Source: Chrysomallon squamiferum (Eukaryota > Animalia > Mollusca). From it: a stretch of DNA of 64,000 bases. Shown here piece after piece: positions 13,019 to 26,000 of the stretch. The DNA is taken from contig CM022671.1 in assembly GCA_012295275.1 (NCBI GenBank), positions 6,200,001-6,264,000 of the forward strand, given 5' to 3'. The position numbers and the translations under genes were made by a program. Within the stretch, counting starts at the first letter, position 1. Each line of letters opens with the position of its first letter. The notes beneath the pieces are model-generated. The model made no database searches. It saw only the letters and a program-made list of their open reading frames with translations, and was not told the DNA's origin.

Positions 13019-13889
13019 TTATAACGTCTCCTCTTCCTTATCGAGATCCTCTGCTTTGAAGATACTTGACCTCTGCATGACCTCGTGAAGGGACGCAAGG
13101 TTCTTGACGCTGTAACCACGGCAACTGGGTGGTGCCGGAACATACTGAACCTGGTCTGCGGCGAAACTGCGTTTCCGCCCGATGTTCAGCGATTTTGGAG
13201 CTCGGTCGTCACGTGACTGGTAAGCGCGTGACGGCGCGTCTAGTGACGGAAGTAATATACTTGACGACTTCCGACGAGATATACTCGAAGTTGTATGTGC
13301 TCGTGTAGCAAATTGATCGTCGCCGCCAGGCTAAAATTAAAATTAAACAACAGTAAAATCGTTTTTGTTATTTATCACTTACCTAGCTTTCTTTTATTTT
13401 ACTTTCTTCTTCTTCTTCTTCTTCTTCTTCTTCTTCTTCTTCACAGATTGTCAGTGAAAATTTGAAATAAGTGTATTAATTTTCAAAACATGACAAAATA
13501 AGAGATACAGAGAAACAGAGAATGAGGCATACGCACACTTTCACACACGTACGCACACACAAATATAGTCAAACACAAATACACGCAAAGCGAAGAAGAC
13601 AAAGAGACACACAGAAAAGTACAAGTTATTTCAAATTAAGTATAGAACTATTTCTAAGTTGTCACTCGTTGTAACTGTGTTTTGTGTGTATGTGCGTGTA
13701 TATGGGTATGTATGTATATCTGAGTGTATGTGCGCACGTATATTTCTGTGTATTCAAAAGTTAAACAGTTTGTTCAATTTTGTCTCTGATTTGGGGCCTT
13801 AATTCTTTCACTGACTATACCTAATATTTATTTTCTGCATGTTCTGTACTTTCGTGATCCTTTTTTATTTATTTATATATATATATCTA

Positions 13890-13928
<39 letters not shown>

Positions 13929-14236
13929 ATATATATATATATAGTTGGGAGGTTTTGGTGGGGGAAGATAAGAAGAATGTCGGTCTTTTTTCTCTCTTTT
14001 TCTTTTATTTCTTTATTATTGTTGTTGTTTCCTCGCATATCTTGATTTAACTGAGGGAAAAATACATGTAAACCTGTATGTAAGGTGCTCCTGTCTAGCT
14101 TATTGTATATTAACTACTGGGTTTATAAGCGAGTGAGATTATTATACAAAAACATCTAGAGACGAGATTACAAAGCATAAAAACATGTATGCGATAATCT
14201 AAGCTTATCCTTTATTTCTTTCTTCGTTTATCTTAC

Positions 14237-14285
<49 letters not shown>

Positions 14286-15297
14286 CATATTAGTTTCAGC
14301 ATGATTTCATGCTTAATTTATGTATGCATGTGTGTATTTATTTCATATAATTGATCGCACCTCATTTATTAAAATTATCAGTTACTCAATTACTCCGAAA
14401 AAGTACACATGATGTATGTGTGACGATTAAATTCACAGTAGGTCTGTGTGATATCATTTTTTTGATGTTTTGGTGGGGGGGGTAATTGTTTTTGTTTGTT
14501 TGTTGTTGTTGTTTTGATTGAATGAAGAATCCATTTTGAGAAGAAAAAAAAAATAATAAGGGAAGGGGAAATTTTTTTAAAACCAACTGAAAATAAAGCA
14601 TATAATGATAAAAATTAATTCACTTACCCAGATTATCCCGGGTTCCACTCCATTCGGCGTTATTCCGTCCTCTGAATGAACGGTTCTTGGTGACAACAAA
14701 CTGGTATCGCTGCTCCTCCGCGGGTTTCTCTTTGCATTCAGTGTACTGGAATGCACGTGAAGGTAATTACTCAGCCCCGGGGTCTGAAGCATGTGTTTCC
14801 CCTGCTGCACCTAATTCACTGTGGTGTCGAGACGAGTTGAATTCAGAAACCTTTCGTCGAAATTCGTTTGTATACTGATTAACACCTTTAGGATAAACTT
14901 TACTACCATTCCTGCCATCGTCTTTTATGTGCGAATAGCTCACCTTGCTTTCTGGAATTAAGTTTAAGTTCGTGATTGCAATGTCTGTGTAAGATCGTTC
15001 AAATGTCGGCTGTTCGCCTCTCGCGACTATAGTATTGGATTGGCGAAATTTATTCGGCAGTATTTGATACCCCGTTGTCAAATGAGTGTCCGTGTTTAGA
15101 TGCAGTGCTGGCTTCGTCGAGCAGGTTGCAGTGGACGGCTTAGTTTTCGCTAGCTCTGAGTAAATAAGTTTTGTCTCGCTGTCTATCATTTCCAATGAAC
15201 GTTTGCGCTGAGTTTCTATTTCTTCTAACTTTAATTTCAGTTCATGTTTCATTGTATTCATGCGCTGCTTGTTTCCAGCGGAGAGCTCAGAAAGCAT
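13019..15297 (-). CDS. Uncharacterised protein with an N-terminal coiled-coil-like segment and Ser/Arg-rich disorder; proposed exons 15297-14944, 14810-14628, 13330-13019 (about 282 aa)
   Basis: AAAATG at 15297 opens MLSELSAG...; strong donor TGG|GTAAGT at 14627 is phase-compatible with acceptor ttttag|CCT at 13331; the last exon is open for 103 codons (PGGDDQF...KEEETL*). The junction between the first two segments is uncertain. Confidence 0.6.
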
Positions 15298-16794
15298 TTT
15301 GAATGCAGATTTGGAAAAAAAAATTAATAATTTCTTTTTAACCACAACTTTCCTTAATATTCATCCGAAATATTCCAAAAGAAATAATTTACATAATTTG
15401 GTGATTTTCGATGTGTATTTTTTACGATCCTTTCCGTCTGTCAGCGAGCCATGAATTAGTGCCACGACGAACCTCGGAGATTAAATGTTGTTAATCGAGA
15501 CTTTATATTGGATAATAATTTTATCGTCATTTGCCGCAACGAACTACAAATCACTGTTACGTTTGTTTGACGCCAATCGTATTTTTGCTTTCTTTTCTTT
15601 CCCTTTTTTTATTTTATTATTATTATGTTGTTGGTTTTTTTACTTTCCATAATATTTATTGATTAACCCACATTTTATTTCCTTGTATTTTCGAGCAGAA
15701 ACGAAAATGCCATTATCACGATTTAGCTTTTAAGCGACATCTGAACAATGGTTGAATTGCATTTACTCTTTTACGATGATGTTTGCTGTTTTATTAACTA
15801 ATCGCTATTGTCACTGGACAATTGATATTTGGAGTGGAACTAGTCGCTTGTAAGCACCAACAGTGACTGCTAATTACTCGATCAGATTTGATGTGTTCAG
15901 TATTGATACTTAGCTATATGTTGATTTAATTCTATTTATGTTTGTTCATTTTTTCTTCATTAATTTCAGTAACATGCTCATTCATCTTGTTTTGTCAACA
16001 ACAACAAAACAAAAAAAACAAAAAACCGCACACGTATATAACACAAACATTCAAACATACACATGCATCCCTACATATATACTTATATATGTATTTGCTT
16101 ACATACGTACAGGCATAGTCATATATGCATATACACACACATACACATACTATTTAATTCAAACATATACACACACACATACAACCGTTCATACATATAC
16201 ATGTATATACATATATACATACACTCATACATACATACATTCATATATAGATACATACATACATATGCATGTACACATTAAAAAAAAACAAAAAACTATA
16301 TAATATACAGATATATGTACAAAGTAGGCGTGTTTAGTATATATAATTCACAGCCATCTTCAATTACCCAATCAGAACCACCTGGATTTCTCACTTAACA
16401 TGCTATAAGAATTTGTTACCGAAATAAAACACGCATAACGCACACATACGCGTGTTTCTGTAACATATTAGCTTCATATTAACAAAAATTGCAAGGATTA
16501 GGTCAAGTATAAAATAACCGTTAATCTAAACGGATTAAGCGGCGCTGGGATTCGCTGATAATCTCGCGGGTTCAAACATTTTTATTCGCCGGGTATAATG
16601 TCATAACTGAAGAAAAACAGTTTTAAATTAAGCGCATTAACTGCAAATACGCGATTAATACGAGTTTATGTCAACTTTGCTCAGTGAGATTAAGTGTGGG
16701 ACAGGCCGAGGAAACTGATATTTGTGTAAATGTTTTCTGTAAGTCTGATGTGTCTGCTTTAATCTGGTTTATTTTACACTGGTGGTGTACTGAG

Positions 16795-16860
<66 letters not shown>

Positions 16861-17244
16861 TTGTGTGTCACTGTGTGACTGTGGTTTGTGTTTTTGTATC
16901 TATGTATCTAAAGATATATATATATATATATATGTGGATGTTTTTGTGTGAGTTTATATTTAAAGTTTAGATCTGATTAATTAAACTGTTATTTACGAGA
17001 ATACATATACATATCTCTGATCTCTTTGAGGAGACGGTTTTTTATGATATAAAACTTACAAACTTACTTACTGGCATATCTACAGTACTGGTTCTAAATA
17101 ACAGAACTGTTAATCGGTGAAACATTACTTACAAACGTTACATATTCATACTTGTATATCTGTATACAAGCATACATATATATATATACACAGATACAAA
17201 CATATCTATCTGTATGTATGTATGTATATATATATATGAGAGAG

Positions 17245-17321
<77 letters not shown>

Positions 17322-18204
17322 AGTATAAATATGCATGCATATTTATATGCCTGTGTTTGCATATGTATGTGGAAACATATCAGTGTCTAAATGTATGCAA
17401 GTATGTGAAAATAATTATCTGTGTGTTTGTGTGTATATGCATGCATGTATGTGTAGTGTTTGTATGCATATATAGAGTGTGTTTTAAGTATGAGGGTATG
17501 TATGTATATGTATACGATTATGTAATCTCCAATTTTGTTAACTGGATTTTTAAAAATAATTCCATACTCTTTTCCGTGTGATTTTCAAGAGTTATAATCC
17601 TTTGATTTGCTTGTTAAAAATATCGTATCAGACTGAGTACAAGGCAGCTTTCGAATTTAATTTTGATCAGTAATTTGTTTAGTACATTTGTTAGAGAGCA
17701 CTGGCCTTATAAACACTGACAATTAATTATTTTATTTTATTTTATTTTATTTTATTTACTTATCTGACAACTTACTTACTTATTTACTCACTTATTTTGT
17801 ATTTCTAATATTTCAATGTTTTTTTTAAAATTTTTTTTTTTTAATTATTATTACGATTTAGAGTATTAGCAAGACAATAGAGATGAACTTTAATCGTCGT
17901 TTTGAATGACATATTAAACACGAATATTATAAAGTGTGTCATCTCCTTTTTAATTGTAAGCATTTTGTGTCAGATTCTACATTTCACTGTCTTTCTCTCT
18001 TCCTCACACATATACGCAAACACAGAGACACGTAAACACACATATAAACACACATATTTACATGCACAGAGAGACACGTATGTACACAATGCATATAATT
18101 TGTGTGTATATATACGTATGAGGAGGTGTATTTCTCTGTGCACGTGTGTTACATATATACATAAATTTTTTAAACTACTGTCAAATAAATGACTATTTGG
18201 GGTT

Positions 18205-18244
<40 letters not shown>

Positions 18245-18917
18245 TTCATTTAGGTAGTTAGTTAGTTAGTTATTTTATATATATTAAGAAAGGCTAAACG
18301 TTTGTAGCGATATAATACTTTGAATCTTTTATAAGAAAATATTCTGTTTAAAGACTCAGTGAACACATATTTTAATCTACCTTTGTTGTTGTTGTTGTTT
18401 TTTACTGATATTACGTTAAACACTACATAGTTAATTAGAAAAGAAACAAGTGTAGATGGACAGAAAAGAACTCTCCTGACCTACAACTCGCCACGGTGTG
18501 AAGGAGAATTAGCGTTCTTATGCTGAATATACGCCTTTATTTTATTTTATTTTATTTTTGTTATTTATTTATTTATTTATTTATTTATTTTGTTAACCTG
18601 CTCAGAGAAGTAATGACGGCTCTTCATTGAGACATTCAGCTTTGTACGATATATTTGTGACTGAAGTATTAAAACGTATTTATTTATGTGGGCCAAAAAG
18701 ACCTGATTTTGCGCAGTTACATGAAAACAGAAGCAACCCGAGAACTAAACTACGTCTGTCAAATTTTAACTGCAGATAAAAACGGATAAAAGTTGTCATA
18801 GATATAAAATAAATATATTTTTTTTACGTTTTGTTTATGGTAATTAATATCAGTTGTCGTGTAACTTTATAAATTTAAAAGACAAAAAATTACAATTATC
18901 TAATCGAATTAACTCCC

Positions 18918-18966
<49 letters not shown>

Positions 18967-19074
18967 TAGAGCATAAAAATATTACGTTGCAGAATAATCA
19001 ATTTGCGAAAAACATGTATATAAATAATATACCTACGTATACTATAAATATTTGTTTTTAACGTCAGACGGCGC

Positions 19075-19110
19075 GATGTGCAGTGCGCAAACCAGGAAGT
19101 GAAAACATTC
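19075..19110 (+). promoter_or_regulatory. Putative SH2B proximal promoter with ETS/EICE-like motif
   Basis: CpG-containing stretch about 160 nt upstream of the ATG with CAGGAAGTGAAA (GGAAnnGAAA at 19095-19104). Confidence 0.4.
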
Positions 19111-19259
19111 AACTAGGTGTTCGGGAAGTAGCATTCAATCTTCGATTTGCTGCTACTTGGAAAGCAGACGCATTACTGACTGACTCATAAACAAGCACGT
19201 AATGGATATGTTTAACAGAGTGATTTCTGTTGTAGTGCAATGTTAGGACTAACTGTTTA

Positions 19260-19967
19260 ATGGCCACTGTAAACGGGGCCACAAACAACGAAGCCTCACC
19301 CCTGGGCCAAACGTGGATTCAGTTTTGTGAGGGTGAGGCCACAGCTGCGGCCCAAGATTTTGTTCGAGACTTCCTCGTTTACCGTAACAGTTCGTCCCAT
19401 AACAGAAACAGGGAACCGGTCGACCCATATGAATATTATCGGAAATTTGTGGAATGTTTTGAAAAACAATTTGACCTTGAAATACGTCGGACTTCATTTA
19501 TTTTTGATGATAGTAACACTGAAGTCAAGTTGACAAGATCTGAACATTGTCCCGTGCGTCAAAATGGCGAGTCTGAGCTATCAAACAATGATTATCATGA
19601 ACGCGGAGCCGGTGTCGAACTTGGGGTCAGCCCCTCGAGAAAACCCAACAAAAGTATTCTACGACGATTTTCATTCAAGAATATTAAGAAAGGAAAATTA
19701 TTTAAACAAACATCAGACGAACTCGACCATTCGCACGGCGATAACAACACGAACAGAAAACAAAAACAAAAACACGAGAAGGATACTAAAAAGCAAGCTG
19801 GTAAATTAAGCAAATCTGATGGGCGCGTTTCTGAGATTGAAAAAGAAGGTATTGTGCATGTTTTATCAGGAGAGGACTCCAAAGGCAAGTCTAGATGGGA
19901 ACGAACGAGGCTGGTTTTGTTAAAAACGACGGGTGATTATCTGCTCGAATTCTATTCACCGCCAAAG
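19260..19967 (+). CDS. SH2B: SH2B exon 1 (dimerisation domain, start of PH)
   Basis: ORF from ATG 19260 to CCAAAG|gtaagc. Confidence 0.92.
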
Positions 19968-20430
19968 GTAAGCCACACGCAGATTTTGGTCGTTTATGTT
20001 TACAGTGACATTCCAGTGTTATTTAACCATTGTCTGTGTTTTCTCTCTCGGCTTGCGACAGGTCGCCCGCATTACCACCACACAAAGCACTAGTGAGTTG
20101 ACAATGCCTGTCAGAGTGAGTGAGTGAGTGAATGAGCACTGCTCACTGCAGTGTATCATCATCATCTTCTTAATCATAACAGTTAACATTGTCACCATCA
20201 TTATTATTATTTCTATAAACAAAATTTCTCATATAAATAAAACATTTAATGAAAATTAACTGACAATCAGTTATCATTGTTTATTTGTGATACAGCTGAG
20301 TATTAACTTTACACATTTTGCAAATTTTATTCATTTATTTTGTCAAGTTTAAATATAGTTACTGGCAATATTGCTCCGAGTACTTAGATTTTGAGTTTAC
20401 TCACCTCTTTTTTCTTCCCCTCCCCACTAT

Positions 20431-20469
<39 letters not shown>

Positions 20470-22860
20470 CAAAAAATTTACATGATTTTTACCTATCTGG
20501 CAAGGTTAATATAAAATAATCCTTACTGTCAATAGCCATTACATGATAGTACCAAGTCCAATTTTCTTATGTATTAGACTGTTAGATTATAAATAATTTA
20601 TAGACTAAAAATGTTTCTTCCTTCCTTCCTTCCTTTTTCCTTTGTCTCTGTAGACACAGCAGTGTCTGTTATCCTACAGAAACAGTGGGTTATGAAAGCA
20701 GTGTAAATGTATAATTATTTATTTGTGTATTTATTCTGTCAGATGTATGTACGTACATATATGTACATAATTTATTATTTATATGAGGCTTGTTTTGTTT
20801 GGGGTTTTTTGAAACAAGAATGAAAAGGCAAGAAAAAAATCACCCAAAAAACAAAAACCTGTACACACCAATTTTTTTCAAATCTCAAATCAGCTTGTAA
20901 TGGGGAATGAATAATTCTTAAATGTTTTTTAAGTAAGAGCTATCTGCAATAGAGTTAATAATAATAACAACAACATTTTCTTATTAGTTTCATAATTAAT
21001 TTCTCGATGCATATATATGTTAAATAAATAAAAATATTTTTATTAAAAGAATCCATGTAAATAATACTTTTTTTGTGATTTTTTTTTTTGTGATCCAACT
21101 AATAATTTCCCCAAATTAGTGTGTATAAAATATAATATAATTTTTATTTTTAAATTAATACATTTACCTAAATAGATTATAGCTTGAGTAAATTTAATCT
21201 CTAATACAACAAGAACAGCAACAACAACAATAATACATTTTTAAATAATAAAAAAATATCCTTTCAGACTGGTCAAAACAACTGAAAGAAAATAAACATT
21301 TCAGTTTGATATTGCAGCTGTTGTTTTTGTTTTTCAGTTTAATTCAGATCTGAATGTAATAACACCACATATATATATTCTAAAATAGGTTAGTCAGTTC
21401 CTTAACCCTTCTGCATATTTTATCTGTCAAACAACAGGATGCTTTTAGACTATCTGATAGTTAGGAAAATGAAAAAGAAAAACGTTTTATTTATATTTAA
21501 CATATTGACACATCAATAATCATAAAAATAAAATAATATCTTTTGCATTCAGTATTTATTTTTATTATTTAAATTCTTGTTATTTATCTAAAACTCAATA
21601 ATTATGTATTCATTTATTTTGTTATTAATAATTTGTACTGGTGTTATTATTATTATGATTATTATTATTTCATGAATTTTTGTTAAAAGTGATGCATCCA
21701 TTATTATTATTATTATTATGATTATTATTTCATTAACTTTTGTTTCAAAATAAAGCATCCATAACCATTTTTTGTCACTAAAAGAAAAATGTGAAGGTTT
21801 TTGTATTGATAAATCAATAAAACATTAACATCTATTATTATATCATATTTCCTTAGAACTAAACAGTTTATAAACTGCAGTTTATACAAATGAAAAAACC
21901 CCAGATTATTTGTAAACTAAAAATTTAAGTAAATATCAACTGACCTTTAATCCTTATTGTGCATCATGCTAATACTGTTATCAAAGTATCTGTTAACATT
22001 TTCAAAATCTGACAGAGATAAATAAATGGCTGGTTGAAGGATGTGTGTATGTATGTACATGTTTATTAATTATTTTCATTATTTTGATAAATAGCTAAAT
22101 GGCATGTGTGTGTGTGTGTTAATCATTTTTGTAACAAGGTTACTATGGTTAGATATTTATGTAGTTACATTACATTATGCTCCTGTTATAACGTTTTAAT
22201 TTTTTTTTTTTTTTTTTTTTTTTTTTGATAAAACAATCCGATTTTAATGATTTCCATTTTTTTAGGTAGTTATGAAATTACTTAATTTTTAAACATTGTT
22301 GTAAACATATTTAATGTAGTAATTTATTTTTAGTTATTTATGTACTTAAAACTATAAATTATCTTTAATTTTTAATATTTAAATATTACTAAATAAAAGT
22401 ATTTTGTAAAACAGATTACTTATTTTTTCTTTTATTAAATATTCCGCCAAATTGGCTTTAAAAGGAATCTCTCCATTATAAACTTTCTCTCTCTATGTGT
22501 TTGTGTTTGTGTAGCCTAAGCCTTCCTTTCCCTATCTCTCTCTCCACACACACACACACACACACAAATATACACATTCATTTTACATTCATATAAATAT
22601 AAAAAAAACATAAATTTAAGTAGGTAAATTTGTGTAGTACATTTGTTAGCTCAGAATTATTGTCCATTTTTGTATATTGAGAAGATATCTGAGATTTGAT
22701 CCTGGTATGTTGAAAATAATGTCATTATCTGTGCTGGTTGAACATTGTGAAGATTAGCTCTGAAAATCTCACTGGACATTTTCTTTGTCTCTCTTAATAA
22801 AAACGATGACAAAATTGAATAATCAATATCTTGAAAAAAAATTAAGTCTTTTTTTTCTTT

Positions 22861-22902
<42 letters not shown>

Positions 22903-23027
22903 CTTTGCCCATCCTTATTTTAGATTAATATGTCACAAGATTAAAGTACTTTTTTTTTTTTTTTTCTCATATTTTATGTACCGTTACTTAAGTACAGATC
23001 CAAGGAATATACCATGATAAAAGATAT

Positions 23028-23058
<31 letters not shown>

Positions 23059-26000
23059 GTGAATCTGCACATTTATTTTGTATACATGTGTATAAAAAAC
23101 ATATGTCCACATGGACCACACATTCAAACATACAGATGTAACATTTTGTTATCTGTTATTTTCCATCAGATGTTGAGATTTTTCAGCTGTAGATAAAATT
23201 ACTTGTGTTGATCATTGAAAAGTGTGCTGTAGTAGATGTTTGTTTTCATTCATAAATAACATGAGAATTTTAGAATGTCATATTGTCGTTTATTCTATAA
23301 AATTTTGGAATGATGGGGAATCCATGAAGGCCATTGTTGGATTAGTTTCCTTATATAGAAAAATCTATTAGTTGTTTCTGAGAAAACTGGAAGTCAGTTG
23401 AACAACATCAAAAAGTAATAAGTTTTTTTTTTTATCCTCTTGTTGATCAGTGTACTTTTATTTTCTTTCATTTTTTTTTCCCCTTCAAATCCCATAGATT
23501 AATGAAAATTAAAGAATTTTTTTCCATCAAGAGAGATAATAATTTACATAAAAAGAGACGTCATAATTTAGGAATTTTTTAAAATGTATTCTTTGGTTTT
23601 AATAAAACATGTACACAAATGTACACACACACACAGACAGACTAAAAACCAATAGTACAGTGTCTTGGACCAGAGGAAAACAACAGATTAGGAAAAGATC
23701 GTGCCAGCCAAATTAAGCCAGATCAGTTATGGAACTGGCTTAGTATTGATCACACAAACATCTAGACACAAAACTTTACTTGTTCTAGCCACAGCAAAGC
23801 GTGGAATTCCTGAAACAGACCTCATACAGAATCATCTTTACAATGAGCATTTAAATGAGTAATCACGAAGTCATTGTACAAAACATTTTCACCTGATGTA
23901 GGTTTGTTTTGGGAATTATATGCACTGCAATAAAGTAGAATGTTGTTAATCTGGATTAAGTTTTCAGTGCTGCATATGGCATGTTGTTATACTGCATGCT
24001 GGGTAAGATCTCACATAGACAGTACTTCAGTGGACAAAAAAAAAAATACTAATTAATCAGAATTGTGTACAAAACCAGCTTTGAAATATCTCTAAAAACA
24101 CTTCAGTAGACTGGTTTTTAACTGAAATCAGGTTCAGTTGATTCCATTTGTGAAAATCGAGAAATATTTCTTGCAGCATTTCAGTAGAATGGTTTTTAAC
24201 TGAAATTTTGTTCAGTAAATTAGTACACAGTGAATCTGAAAGTTGAACTTTTACTAGTATCAGTAAAAAAATTAAGCTGTGAGAATTTTAATTTTTTTTC
24301 CAATGTCACTGATAATGAATGAATACAGTGATAATGCAACACAGTAATTTTTTAAATCAGTATTATCATTCATTTAAAAAATTTAAAAAAAATATATATA
24401 TATATATTGGTAGGTCAATGATAACATTCTAAATTTAAACCATATTTGAAATACTATCATTGATAAAACAGAGGCAAGCCAGGTCAGTCAGGGATATGAC
24501 AGGTACAGGTCTTGTTCAGATGGTAGGTTTTTTTCTGTTGACAGTGTCAGAGTATGTAAAGGTTTGGTTCATAGGTGTGTAATCTGCGTTGACTGTGGTG
24601 ATCTTTCAACACTGGTGTAAATACAGCTGTACTCGGTGAACCGTGTCAGTCTGCTAGGTTCAGTGTCAGCCTTGGAGATGGGTTTAAAAAAGTGTGATTC
24701 ATCAAAATAGTCATTTCACACATAACTGTGTTCAACATAGCTGAAAACAGGATCAGTTTAATTGTTGTTTAATACTCAGCATATACATATGTACTTGTAT
24801 ATATTGATTGTAAACGTTTAAAAAATATATATAAATTGGCCCTGTGTAATGCCTCACTGCAGACATTCCTGCATACCTACATTTACCTGTACACCCATTT
24901 AGTGCTTAAGTGCATAGATTCTAATACATACCATTTATATGAACACTGACACTGAAAAAGAACTGTAAATAAATATTTAGCAAAAGAATATATTTAAATA
25001 TATATATATATAAATAATATATATATATATATATTCAGTAAATGGTGTTTTGTAACTTCTCAGAGGTTAGAAATGTTGCCAGACAATCTCTGTCACTTAC
25101 CAAGTATGTGCATATTGCTTGTTTACTTTGTTGACTCTTGTATGAAAAGGTAGCTAGGTATGTTTATAATGTTTGAACCTATAGTACGTATGTACATACA
25201 TAAGAGTGTAAGGGATCATTAAATGTTTGCATTCAAAGAGAATCATTTCATTGTAAAGCTACCCATTTCATGATTTGTGTATCTTGTGCTGGTGTTGATA
25301 CAAAAATCCTTTGGAGCTGACTTAATCCATGTCATGTTAACCTAAGTTATTTGTCACTACTTTTCTACAAAGCTTTCAAAGAAAACAACAAGCACTTGCC
25401 ACCCACGTTTGTCTGTGCTTTAGCCATAACAGTATAGCCAGTGGAGAAATACAAACTATTCCTTGTTTTTTTACTGGCAAACTTCACTGTGTTATGTCAA
25501 CTGATAAATAAAAATATACATTTAAAACAGCTTCAGTCATTCTGCATTCCACAAGTAAATACATATATATTTTAAGAACATACATAATGAATGTTTACAA
25601 TAATATATAAATATTTAAAAATAATTATATATTCAAAGTGTTTGCAAGTTAATATTTAAAAAATAAAAAATATTTAAACTGTTACATTTGAGATCTGTAG
25701 TTTAGCTGTTTGTAGTGTTTATGTATATTGTTTCAATTTTTATTTTTGAAAAAGAAATAAAAATTATTAACACAAACACTAAGAAAAAAAGGAATTGGCT
25801 CATTTCAAACCTATTTGAAATATTTATTTATTTATTTTACTTTACTTTACTTTTATTTGATTATTTACCATTATCCACCCATTTGGAAATTTTATATATA
25901 TATATATACAAAATAAAATGTAATTTTTAAATACAAAATAAGCAAAATGCAAAACACCACAATAAAATTTGCTGCTAAAAGCTGTTAAAAATAAAAAAAA

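Noticed and set aside
14795-14801. GGGAAAC slippery heptamer in the orphan gene overlap (minus strand)
   Set aside because: It is out of phase for X XXY YYZ in the upstream ORF, and the shift needed is +1, not -1.
22645-22710. tRNA-like A/B box remnants (tagctcag...gatttgatcc)
   Set aside because: No cloverleaf is evident; at most a decayed SINE head, not a tRNA gene.
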